Shown here: positions 37,001 to 48,215 of the stretch, piece by piece
How the letters are laid out: every line of letters begins with the position of its first letter
Numbering within the stretch: the stretch's first letter is position 1
Origin: Owenia fusiformis
Lineage: Eukaryota
Length of the DNA stretch: 64,000 nucleotides
Assembly: GCA_903813345.2 (NCBI GenBank)
Contig: CAIIXF020000001.1
Location: 12,834,001 to 12,898,000 of the forward strand
Reading direction: 5' to 3'
Notes under the pieces: model-generated
The model's database searches: none
Told to the model about the DNA's origin: nothing
The model's input: only the letters and a program-made list of their open reading frames with translations
Made by a program: the position numbers and the translations under genes

Positions 37001-40000
37001 AACTCTGTCAAGTGACGATGAGTGTTGGAGTCCTCCGCCCTGAAAACTGCAACAGAAAAACTTGGATCATACTGTGGGCCTGGCTGATATTTACAATGTT
37101 CTTTTCCATTTAGGGAATGATTATTTATATACTTTTCAGATAATATGAAGTGCACTTTATCATTAAAAAGACATCTTAAACCTAACCATGTTCAGTAAAA
37201 CCTGTTCAATAAGTGGAACACCTTTGGTACATCAAAAGTGTTCCCCTTTTCTAATCTACATGTATATTAGCCGTGATATTAGCTATAAAATGGTAATTAT
37301 CATCACCATTATCAGATATCATTTTAAAACAGTAAAATGTGAACATCCAAACACATCTCTACCCTGAATACCTCTCAATGTGAACACCTTTTGGCCCCAT
37401 TTTTTAATCTGCTATAGATTACCCATGTACCATGTTAAAAACCTAGAAATGTGAACACCTGCCAATCCGAACACTTATGGCTGGTTCCATTGGTATTCGG
37501 AATAAACAGGTATAACAGTATACTGTACCTGCACCAGTGGTGAAAACTTTCTCAAAGTCAGATGCGATCGCCATCTGTTTGTAGAGCTGTGGAGATTGGG
37601 CTAAGTAGGCAGAACGCTTGAAATAGGACACCTCAAACACATTGGCTCCACCTTCCGATGCAGCTGAAATATTGATTTTATACATTTAGACAAAACATGA
37701 CATGCCACAAAAATCTTTAACTCATTCTCCTCCATGAAAGACTAACAATTGACATTTATAAATAAAATCAATAAATATATAAGATTTTAGATGATTTAAA
37801 TGAGTACATCTTTAATGTGTTGGCCTCTTGTTGGATGTCTCAATAGTAAACAGATGTATAATAAAAAATTCGCCTTTATGTTATTACATATTTGCAAAAT
37901 GTCAACATGGACAAGTTCAGAAAGGTTTAAGGGATATTCCTTGCCATATGATTTCTCTTTTGGTATGGTACATATACATTCTACACATGTATATTCTTTC
38001 CATATTTAGCAATACTTTGAATCTATTTTGTCATGACTATCTATCTCAAACAACCCATGCATCCAACTCACCGGAAATGATTTTTGGTGTGTGAATCTCA
38101 GTGAATCCTTTTGCAGTGAGCGTATCACGGAAGAGCCTACAGATGCCTGCCTCTACACGGAATATAGCTTGGTTTGTTATAGTTCTGAGATCAATCACTC
38201 TGTTGTCTAACCTGGTATCTTGGTTAACTGTAGCTAGTCCCTTGCAATAAGAAACAGAACACAAATTATTTGAGATACGCATACCACATGATAATGACAG
38301 AGAAAATCGCTCGGACCCTATTTTCATGTGACTCCCAAAAGTATTTATGAAATATACATAATTTGCTATATTGTCCCATTCGTTATGTATGCTGCTTGAT
38401 AAATAATGTATATGTACATGTAAATATTTAAACAAACAAATGAACTTTAGTCTACCCTGTCTCTATGATAGTGGAAAAATAATAACATGCAGAAAGTCAC
38501 GACCTTGCATTTGTTGGAGATGTGTTGGCTAATGGTCAGGGAATTACTAACGCTGAGACATGAAAAATAAGGTCGTTTGAAATCTTCTTAATTCATGAGA
38601 AACTGAGAGAAATAATATAAAACATATATCATGATGATTTATTAACAGATAACTTATTCTACTTGTGCCAACTTAAACGTAATTGAGACGAGGATTGTAT
38701 AGGACCTCATTAGAACACACAAAACATGAACATATTTTACACTATGAAGTATAGATGTCACTACATGAATTGATCAATCAATATTTGAGAGAAAATGAAT
38801 CAAAAGAAAATGAATCGATGCTTAAGGTAGAATGAGCAAATCAACTTGGACCATTTAAACATAAGCTTACATGCTGACATGATGCAATAACATGTTTAAA
38901 AGTCATTCGTCTCTTCCTACTTTAAACTTAGAATGGTAATGTTCATTCTATCAAACCCTTTTATATAATAAACCACATATGAAATCTGACTTACAAAATT
39001 GTTGCATGTTATTTTTTGTAGTAAGAAATAGGACAATTCTAAATCAGTTGTCTTCAAAAGATTGAATGAGAAATTTAATCCTGATTATGTATACCCTGGT
39101 GCATATCTACCAAACCAAAAGAAGCCACAATCATTCAGTTATTTATATTTTTGCCCAATTAGAGTAGAGCCAATTACAATCCACTCATAACTTTTGCAAT
39201 GTTATTTTTCCCCTTTAAACATCTCCTGTGGTAAAAAGTCACAATACACTACTTTAAAGACATCTACCCAAAACATACAAGATCGGGATTCACTTCCATC
39301 GCAGCTATGGAAAGAATTGAAATAACCTTGAATTAAGGATGGGGTCCAGACACATCCACTTTGTTCCTTCAAAAGAATGAACCATACCTGGACCACTATT
39401 GTCCGAAGATGTATTTAATTCTTGGATTAATGCTATTTCGGATCATGGTTTAAAGTGGTAACTTGAACGTTCAAAAGATGGCATACACTGTATCAGTTGT
39501 TCAGGTGTTGTATATGGTACCTACATCTTGTTCTGATTCTGCTCTGGTGGCATCTTCTATCTGCAGTGGAAGACGTGGCTCAGCAGAACTCACAACAAAG
39601 ACCTGCAGATCAACAAACACACACTCATATAGTGCAATCATATATACATGTAGCATATGTATTAGATCAAGGGTATTAATTATATATTATTTAATAATAT
39701 TATGGTGGCACATTCAGAAGATACTACCCATATGCTTTCATTATTTCCTCATCCAAATATTGATGATTGATAACTGTTGACAATCATTTGAATCATTCAT
39801 CAAGTGGAAAATCTATTTTTTAGAATTTTGTAAATTTTTAGTTCAACATTTTAAGCTTTTGTGCAACATTTTACGTTTAAGTAATTTCTAGTACAAGATT
39901 TCTGGAGACATATTGGATTTTGGTAGGGGCATTTTTGTGTAATAAATTAATTAGAGGTGATGTGCTAAAGCGATTTCAACGTGGGGAAAGCACACTCAGA

Positions 40001-43000
40001 GCTCACATTTTCTTACTTATACCCAGTGTGTGTGTTACTTGACCAATATAAGGCTAAGTATTTTTGTTGAATGCAGTTCAAATATTCTTACCTGATCAAT
40101 GTGTAATTCTACATCTTGCTGAGTGCAGCTTTCTATCTTTTGGTCCACTTTCCTTACAAAACCTTCCACATCAATAATGGACTCCTTGGTGATGCTAGAA
40201 TCAAATAATCATTAATATAAGAGAAAGTTACAATACATAACTAGTTACTTCAAATATTGATATAATTTCAATGATGTTTTTTTCAATGATGAACCCATGG
40301 ATTTTATAAGTGGGTAATGCTTGTCTAAAAGTTCACTAGGGAGTTTTTAAACATGTTTAGACTATTTGGACAATGGACATACAGTATATAACCAACTGTA
40401 TTTACTATTTCTTTTCAACAAACTCTCTATTGACGTTTGATTACGAGCATTCAAAAGAAATACTGTGGTTTTTATCAAATTCTACTACTTTCAATGTTTT
40501 TATGATTTAATATTTCCTTCATTTCCTTCACTGACATTTGTCAACATGAATGGCAGTGTAAGATTCCCAAATAACTTACTTTGCGGAGAATTTCACCATC
40601 TGCTTGCTAACTTGTTCGTTCACCATTATGAGACCTTGTACACTGTAATTCTGTTGACGCAACACTATGAAACATTGTTTTCCTGAAAATATGAGATAGT
40701 ATTATCCAACTGTGTACACTAAACTATAGATCTCTATATAGCTACAGGGGATGATTCAGAACAACTGAATTACAAGGCATTAACATGCAAAATCTCACCA
40801 CCTGACATTTGTTACAGATGTTCACTGCAGAACATCAATCGCCAACTGCTAAACACCAACCACTAAACACCATCAACAAAAAAGTTGGAGACTACAACAA
40901 CATGTCACCACTAGAGGTGGTGACATAACAAAATGATTAATCATAAAATGTTACTTACTTAGAACAACCCTAGAAGAGCACATTATTATAAAGGATCATT
41001 TTTATACTTTTTTATACATGTTCCTAATGGATATTTGGTAATAGTTTTCTTCTGCATTATCTGACTTATCAATTGACTTAACATATGCTCATGTCATTTA
41101 CTCCTTCATGCTGCCAAAAATCAGTAATATCAGACAAAATGACCCTTGACCACTCATCTCCAAAAGGAAACTCTAAAATGATATATCAGCCAGACTTCAT
41201 TGCATCATCATACAATGGACGTTACCTTTACTTCTGCTTGTGTGTAAACGTCCCCTCACCCACACCTTCTCATCAGCAATGGCTGGGGTCAGGCCATTCA
41301 CTCGAGTAATCACTCGATCTGGTCGATCCCTTGACTGGATCATTTTCATAATTCCATAACGATCTTTAGCAAAATCCTCTTGGTCCCCACCTGCTGCACT
41401 TTCGGCTGCCGCCTTTAAGTAACAGGACAAATTGTGATTAATAAGCCATTGTATTAAATCAGCCCTAGAAATGCATTGACATCATCTGTGAAGTAAACCT
41501 AATACAATACAAGTTTTAATCATGTTATCCTCCCAACTTAAAGGTGCAACAATGAGTGCAGAGGGGCCATTCAACGATCATGGAACATTGTCAAAACATA
41601 TCTAAGTTTGGTTATTTCTTCAAGAGTAACATATACTTTTATTATTTCCAAAGAAACCCCCTGGATGAATATTATTTCAGCCGATATTCCTCTTGAAACA
41701 TGGTGCATCTTAAAAATCTATAAGTTGGACTCCCCCTAAAGAAGCTTTGAACTGAATTTACACTTGCTAATGCTGAAATTGATAGTTTATCCATACATTT
41801 AAAGAAAATATGTATGTCAAAGAAGATGTTAAGCAAAATGTTGGCTTGATAGCTCAGAAAAGTAAAAAAAAATTGATTTTTTTCTCTACAGGCCATGACA
41901 TTAAATAAAGTAAGAAAATTTCATTTGCTGTATTAAAAGAATCTCACATCAGAATGACATTCAAAATTTAGAACATCAGAATTCATATTTTAGATGTGAA
42001 CTTTTGTATATTTCAGATAAACCATGTACAGTAAGTCTGTTGCCTTTTGAAATTCAGGGATATTCAGCCAAAATAACAAGTCAGAGAAGCATCAAAATAC
42101 AAGAAAACACATATTTGTTTGCCAAATCAAAAGTAATCCAAAAAATAGAAACATTTTGCATCTAAAATATAATGTTTTGTTCCACATAATATTACTTATT
42201 ATATTAATGTGTTCCTTTGATAGCTTATTGTTTAGGTTTGATAGACTTACGGGTTCATTGCCTCTGATAATACATGTAGATGCATTATTTGACAGCATAC
42301 ATCACATCGTGCTATTTGAAGTGATTTAAGATACCATTATACAAAAATGAGACTCAAATTCAGATGCACTTACAACTTCTTGCTTTCTTTGAGCCTTCTT
42401 GGCAGCCTTTTCTGCTTCCTTTTGCTGCTTTTTAAGTCCTTTCTTAGAGATGGGTTGGCCATCAGGACTGTAATGATTACATATGAACATGGTAATAGTA
42501 CAATAACGTCATTTTGAAGGGCAATATAGTAAAATATTGGAAAACAATAGTAAACCCTTAATAAAAAGTAAGATATTCAGATCTTAGCTTTACTATGAAT
42601 TGTTAAAGACGATAACTTTCAATAAATGGACAAAAAACAGGGGCTTGTCTGCAATTCACGCCTAACCATTGACAATGTACAGTGACAAAGTATACCGTTG
42701 TACATTTTAGATGTAAGGTGTCACTATTTAACCAATTTGAAGCAAAGACAATAATGTAGGTTTGTTGTAGGTTTTAAAAAAATAATCTGAGGAATACATT
42801 AATTTTCATGTTTAATTTTGTGTGCATTCGTTTGGGAATACATTTAACTTTCTAATAACGTTAAAAGATTTTCAAACAGTGCCATTCTTTTTGTAGTCAA
42901 TCTACCCATATAATTGGTCAGTTGGAAAATGTTGTTTTTACACATTCCTTTTTTTTTTCAATTTATTTATTTAAATTTCCTTGATATTGATATAAATACA

Positions 43001-46000
43001 AAAGTATGCCTTTGTTAACTTAATAACATTAGCTTTAACACATTTCCTTTGATCATTTCCTCCCGGCCCTGTCGTCTAAGAGTGTCAAATATTTTTTATG
43101 AGAATATGTTTCTTTAAACTATACAGTTAAGGTCTGTTGAAGACTTAACAAGCATTAATGTTTTGGCTATAATATAAAAAATCATAAGTGTACGTTGTCA
43201 ACTCGAATGTACATTGTCCCATTGAACTTACTCAATCCACAGTTAACCCTGCAGGCAACATATTTTTCATAACACTATCAGACAGGGGGGTCAGATGCAA
43301 ATAAAATTGAAACAGAATTACTTCAATTTGATTCAACTATTGAAACTATTGCGCCCTTTCCAGATATATCATAAACGGGATTTTAAAATGTCATATTCAA
43401 TAAGCTAGTATAGATCTATCTATCAATATAACTAACAAAACGTAAGGTAACCAACAAAGATAAAACAACCAAAGAGGCTGGAAGCGATGGTGTGTTTTGT
43501 CACTGTATGTTGTCGATGGTTAGGCATGCAATTGTTAAAGAGGGATGTGTGCTATTTTTTAGGTTTGCATAACTGCGAGCAATACAATCCCCAAAAAGAG
43601 GGTATAGGCCATAGGGGGGATTATTTTAAAATTTACATTGTATATGGTGCATTTCGAACTATAATTTGTTAATGTTTTCAATAGAAAATTGCTTTTTTCT
43701 TTTTTTGTTGCGGTTCGGATGGGGTAGACCACTAAAGCAATTCAGGCACATACCAAAGAGGTTCAAACAAAAATTCCAAAAACTTTCGAAATCATGTAGT
43801 TAATCACCATTTTTCGCACTTTAAAGTGATTTGGGCCACAATTGAAAAAAATTGAATCCCCTGGAATTTTTAGTAAAAACTGCCCTCTTCCTTGGCACAA
43901 GCTGGCTACAGGCCTGCAATCAAACTTGTGGTAATTTCAGAAAGTATACCATTTGTTGATTATACTTGGTAAAAACATTAGCACTATATTAATTCAAGGT
44001 TTAACTTTTGGAGCAGCAATTTTTGAACCCAGCATTGTTTGAATGCTTTTTGACTCTTTTCTAAATTTTGAAACTTTTGAAGTTTCATTGAAAAATATTG
44101 ACAAATAATATGTAGCAAATCATCATACATTGTAAAAAATCAGTTTTGAAATAGGAGCTTGTGGTCAAGTAATATGATCAATACAACTACAGCAGGTGGT
44201 TGAAATATGTCAGTATTAGACTTGATGCAAGAAGAAATAATCTTGATTTACATCATTAAATATTCAAAATTCAGTTAAAGTGAGATTTGAAATCTACATG
44301 AAAAATTACTTCCAGAAATGTGGTTTCTAACACTGATTATAAACTTTGAAAGTTTAATTGAAAATTCCATAGACCTCATGGTGGTGAAGCTGGTAACTAC
44401 CTTCTAGCATCTAAGTTACTGATACTATAAGTACATAAAAACACCAATACTTTATCATGCAAAGTTTCATTTTAGAATAGCATTTATAATATTTTGAAAG
44501 GGACATGAACATGGCTAATAACCTATAAATATTGACAAAATTCCATAATTTTTTGGCATGAAAACAAAATTTTCAAAAGGGCCTATTATATGTACAGTAC
44601 TATAAAACATGTATGTATGAACATCTCTCTTCACTGAACTCTACAGAAACTGAAGACATTTTCAGTTCCATTTTTGAGATAAAGCATTACTCCTTTCTAA
44701 TTAGAATATCCTAAATAAAGAAGTGAACACCCCTCAATCTGATTTCCCTTTTAACTGCATGCTCCCGCAGTCTTCAAATCAGACAGGTTCTACTGTATTA
44801 TGTTTGTCCTTAACTGCCCTTTGATAAAGAAAATGATGAAATACATAATAAACTTAATGATGAACTTGTTGATTTGAATTTTTGAAAATGTAGGAACAAA
44901 GAATATAACTACACACCATTTGTTTTTTTCATTTCATATATATCAGGTTCATATATTGTATGTTAGATACTCGAGGTAGTTATCAGAAATTTACACCATG
45001 GGCTACACCAAACAGGAAATGAAAAAAAACATGAGGATTTTAGAATATTTTGAACTAAGTTAACTGAGTTCTGCTATTTGGTGTAAATTTCTCTGATAAC
45101 TACTCCGAGACCTTATGTATGTTAAAAACTTAAAAGGTTTTGTGAATATATTTTTGAAGATGAATCAGCAGCCTTCCTCACAATTTCTTAAACATTTTTG
45201 AATCTAATAAGAAAGAACCACATTGCAACAGTATATGGAAAAATAGAATCATATATGCCTGTCCTAACTTTTGATACAATCTTTGAAAATTTGATCTCAT
45301 TCATAGAAAAAGAAAAAAAATGAAAAAACTGATTTAAAAAGCGATCTATTTTCCTTTTTATGACCGCCATTTTTGTTTAAGACAATTTTCTAAAATTTCA
45401 AAGATTGTACTAGTTAGAGCATTATATTGGGCACATTTTCTGAAAAATTCAAAAGATTCTGTTCAGTGACTATCCCTACGCTCCTACTTTTAGCTTTTTT
45501 TCAGTCACACTTTCAAAGGGCTAAAAAGGTTATTTCATCATGTTTAGGGTCATTCTGACCATGCACATTGTGATATTGGTCATGTAAATGATATGTGGAA
45601 ATAGTTAAATTGACTAGAGGTCAAACCAGAACTCTGTCATCTTTATTGACATAACACATGTCAGATAAGAAACGAGGCCCGGGCTAGGTCTAATGTTGTT
45701 GGACTAGAACATATGTAGCGTTTTCATTTATCACTTATTTTTTTAATAGATTCAAAGTTATCAAGGAAATTGTGAGGAAGACAACATGGTTTGAGCATAT
45801 ATTTGTTCAATAATATCTCAATTAAATTTTATTCTCCATGTGTACCACAACACAATGTGCTTTTCAGAACCGAGCCTATTTATATTATAGATCTATAGAA
45901 TGTAATTGTAAAGACTAAAAGGGTGGTCAAGCGAGGTCAGATTACCCATGATCTGGTAGTCTACAAGTACCAAATCAAATATGACCATACGATGGACTTT

Positions 46001-46214
46001 AATTCCATATGCCAAAACTAGTACCTCCGAGAACTTCAAATATTAGACAAAGAAACAGACTATGCTAAACAGTAAAAACTATATAAACTTAAAATCTCAA
46101 CTCTATTATCGCCCACTGCCAAACTCGCGATATGTCCAAGTGACAAATTTAACAATACTACGAAACAAATTCTTACCCTGTAACCATCTCTGTCTTCCCT
46201 GATACTTCACTCAT
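30969..46214 (-). CDS. DARS1: Aspartate--tRNA ligase, cytoplasmic; 15 coding exons, about 533 aa
   Basis: complement(join(30969..31060,33292..33363,34628..34739,35683..35763,35898..36018,36354..36422,36899..37046,37529..37663,38072..38240,39525..39602,40092..40194,40580..40682,41226..41412,42374..42467,46177..46214)) = 1602 nt in one frame. OB-fold ([11 protein letters not shown]), motif 1 ([10 protein letters not shown]), [11 protein letters not shown], motif 2 ([16 protein letters not shown]), motif 3 ([13 protein letters not shown]), C-terminus [10 protein letters not shown]. Confidence 0.97.
31366..31544. repeat. 91-bp tandem duplication in the last DARS1 intron
   Basis: TGTGGTATTTTACCAATATGGAC...GAAATCAACAAG x2. 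Confidence 0.9.
33292..33363 (-). CDS. DARS1: DARS1 exon 14
   Basis: [24 protein letters not shown]. Confidence 0.97.
   Translation of the reverse strand: MWKKCDHTLIPSSMAVLLMLVGA
34628..34739 (-). CDS. DARS1: DARS1 exon 13
   Basis: [21 protein letters not shown]. Confidence 0.97.
35683..35763 (-). CDS. DARS1: DARS1 exon 12
   Basis: [24 protein letters not shown]. Confidence 0.97.
35898..36018 (-). CDS. DARS1: DARS1 exon 11
   Basis: [12 protein letters not shown]...[17 protein letters not shown]. Confidence 0.96.
36354..36422 (-). CDS. DARS1: DARS1 exon 10
   Basis: [22 protein letters not shown]. Confidence 0.95.
36899..37046 (-). CDS. DARS1: DARS1 exon 9
   Basis: [23 protein letters not shown]. 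Confidence 0.97.
37529..37663 (-). CDS. DARS1: DARS1 exon 8
   Basis: [10 protein letters not shown]...[11 protein letters not shown]. Confidence 0.97.
38072..38240 (-). CDS. DARS1: DARS1 exon 7
   Basis: [18 protein letters not shown]...[12 protein letters not shown]. Confidence 0.97.
39525..39602 (-). CDS. DARS1: DARS1 exon 6
   Basis: [20 protein letters not shown]. Confidence 0.94.
40092..40194 (-). CDS. DARS1: DARS1 exon 5
   Basis: [11 protein letters not shown]...[16 protein letters not shown]. Confidence 0.96.
40580..40682 (-). CDS. DARS1: DARS1 exon 4
   Basis: [16 protein letters not shown]...SKQMVKF. Confidence 0.96.
40772..40929 (+). mobile_element. Short dispersed HINE/MITE-like family C (representative copy)
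   Basis: CAAGGCATTAACATGCAAAAT(G/C)TCACC...ATGTCACCAC..GGTGGTGACATAA; other copies near 4212, 7866, 10100, 25534, 25921, 28597 and 59592-59738 (-). Confidence 0.8.
41226..41412 (-). CDS. DARS1: DARS1 exon 3
   Basis: EDFAKDRYG...[13 protein letters not shown]. Confidence 0.96.
42374..42467 (-). CDS. DARS1: DARS1 exon 2 ([31 protein letters not shown])
   Basis: Lys-rich class IIb N-terminal helix; GTAAGT donor. Confidence 0.9.
46177..46214 (-). CDS. DARS1: DARS1 exon 1 ([13 protein letters not shown])
   Basis: ATG next to promoter motifs; donor GG|GTAAGA; phase 2 matches exon 2. Confidence 0.75.
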
Positions 46215-46455
46215 CTCCGGTTTGCTTATACGGTCCGATTTGCACTGTATTTTTGGTGTTTTTGTGTGAAATATGATGCAACTTTTGAAAATTTCTTTCC
46301 GGAAGTACAATGTGGCGATCCCAGAAGTCCTTGCGCTATGATGGAGGAAGCAGGAAGGAGAAAAGTTCTGCTCCACACAAACTGCGTGAATTTGCCATGA
46401 TGTAGCGAGTAAAAGAAGACCTCTCTATTACAGTGATGTGCCAAAATATATAAAG
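46215..46455. promoter_or_regulatory. Putative bidirectional promoter between DARS1 and the MSRRKQ gene
   Basis: 241 bp between divergent ATGs; ETS-type CCGGAAGT (46299-46306) and a ZNF143/Staf-like TCCCAGAAGTCCTTGCG (46319-46335). Confidence 0.65.
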
Positions 46456-46495
46456 ATGTCGAGGCGAAAACAATTAAAGCCTCATCATTACTTGA
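46456..46495 (+). CDS. First coding exon (partial gene) of a putative C2H2 zinc-finger regulator with N-terminal NuRD-interaction motif MSRRKQLKPHHYL
   Basis: AAGATGTCGAGGCGAAAACAATTAAAGCCT... matches MSRRKQxxP of the FOG/SALL/BCL11/ZNF423/ZNF521 families; phase-1 donor A|GTGAGT. No downstream exon found, so the family cannot be assigned. Confidence 0.72.
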
Positions 46496-47856
46496 GTGAG
46501 TATAACTTGGACTTCTTTTTATTCCCATTCAATCCTATAGAAATATTGACTTTCTAGTGGAAATGATTGATTTTACATTGTAATGGTTCATGCATGCAAA
46601 CATGCTCAATATATCGTGCATATGATTAACTATGATTAAGCATTATAAACAGAGTTTGAATCTGGCTTACAAAGACAAGTGATAGCCAACTGAGGTAGAT
46701 TGTCTTATTCACCATATGCAACAATTCCATCTCAGTCGAACAGTAACACAGTGTTAAAATTGATAAAGCTCTTGTGAGAATGCACAGGGAATGCTTGCCT
46801 GTAGTGAATTAGCTGTTTATTTTTAGCAACGCTGATTACTGGGCGATGCACTTTTGGCACGTATCAGCATGTGCAGAATACAAAATAAACAAGATTAGGT
46901 TAGAGCTGCCTGTTCAATGCTGCATGCTTGTAATTGTATATCTCTTACTAGAGCAATCTGGTGATTTGCCTGTTAGATATTTATACAGCCAGACTCACTA
47001 GCATGCATTGCAAATGCTGCATGTATTAGGATGCGGTCTCTACAATCAGTATACAGGGCCTTTCCAATAATCCACTGGATGTTAAAGCCAATGAATACAT
47101 GTTCGGTATACAGTTATTCCATTGATTTCTATAGTTATGATTCTCTTACATAGACGAGATTCCCCTTAAGAAGTAATAATGTTCCATGGGCGATTGTATT
47201 CATGATGTGTTTGTATATGTGTGTGTAACTGGGAACTGAAATCATGTTACCATGCACATAGGCATCTGCGTAATATAATGAGAAATCTGTGTGACTACTT
47301 GATGAAGCTGTGGTTTCTGGCTTTTTATTGAGGTTTTAGTGTGGAAATGATGATTGCTATATAAATATTTTTTAAATTATCTACCCATCCATTTAATTAA
47401 GTATAGTTTCAAATTAGATTTCGGATTCATTTTTTTAATTTGGGATTATAAAGGAATTTGCCAGTTTTCCAAACAGTTTGTGAATAAATGAGACTTATAC
47501 AAAGGGCTCCTCTTTGGTCACCCATCCCTCCAAAAAAGGTACATGTATTTCTATATGTTGTAGATGTAAACATTAAAATAAATTGCAGATTTAAAAATAC
47601 TTCAAATGATTTTAAACATTTTTTTAAAAGTCTAGTGCACATTTAAAGTTTTAAACATAAACATTATGAAAAACTAAAAAATTGAAACATTTTATATGAA
47701 ATAAGAAATAAAGTAATTGACAGTTTGATAAACTAAGGATTGTACTAAATGATATTAGGATATGATTAAATGTAATGTAATTTTGTGTCAACATGGATCA
47801 ATATACAAGATGGAATAATTTGGGTACACTTATGAGTTGTATACATTTGTAGTTAA

Positions 47857-48215
47857 AGGCAGAATTAGATCTATAGGAGGGGACACAATTGTAAGCAGCA
47901 TGTACAAATGACTAATCAATCTCTTTCTTATGATCTCAAATACAATCTCCTAAAAGGTCCACAATATGTAAAAAATCGGGGAAGTTATTAAGGATTCAAA
48001 GTGCATAATTTTGGGGAAATATTCAAATTGTCCCAAATAATAGATAATTTTTGATTAAAGAAAAATATTAGATTTTTATAAAAATCTTTAATTTTCCTGA
48101 AATAAAGTATGCATTTAGGGATTTTTAGAAAATAGAGATGACAAGGAATGATCTGAGACAAAAATATTCTAAAATTGAAATAATTTTTGTTAAGTTTACT
48201 CATCTGATCCTCCCT
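47857..48215. mobile_element. Kolobok-like MITE
   Basis: TTAA on both flanks; TIR AGG(C/G)AG(A/G)AT(T/C)AGAT, 11/14 match. Confidence 0.55.

Noticed and set aside
41125..41212. Possible C/D snoRNA in DARS1 intron 3 (minus-strand TGATGA...CTGA)
   Set aside because: The C box is only about 15 nt from the donor, there is no clear terminal stem, and I recognise no rRNA or snRNA guide.
35899..41309. Plus-strand ORFs overlapping DARS1 exons (35899, 39463, 40465, 41085)
   Set aside because: Antisense shadows of DARS1 exons with no independent motifs.
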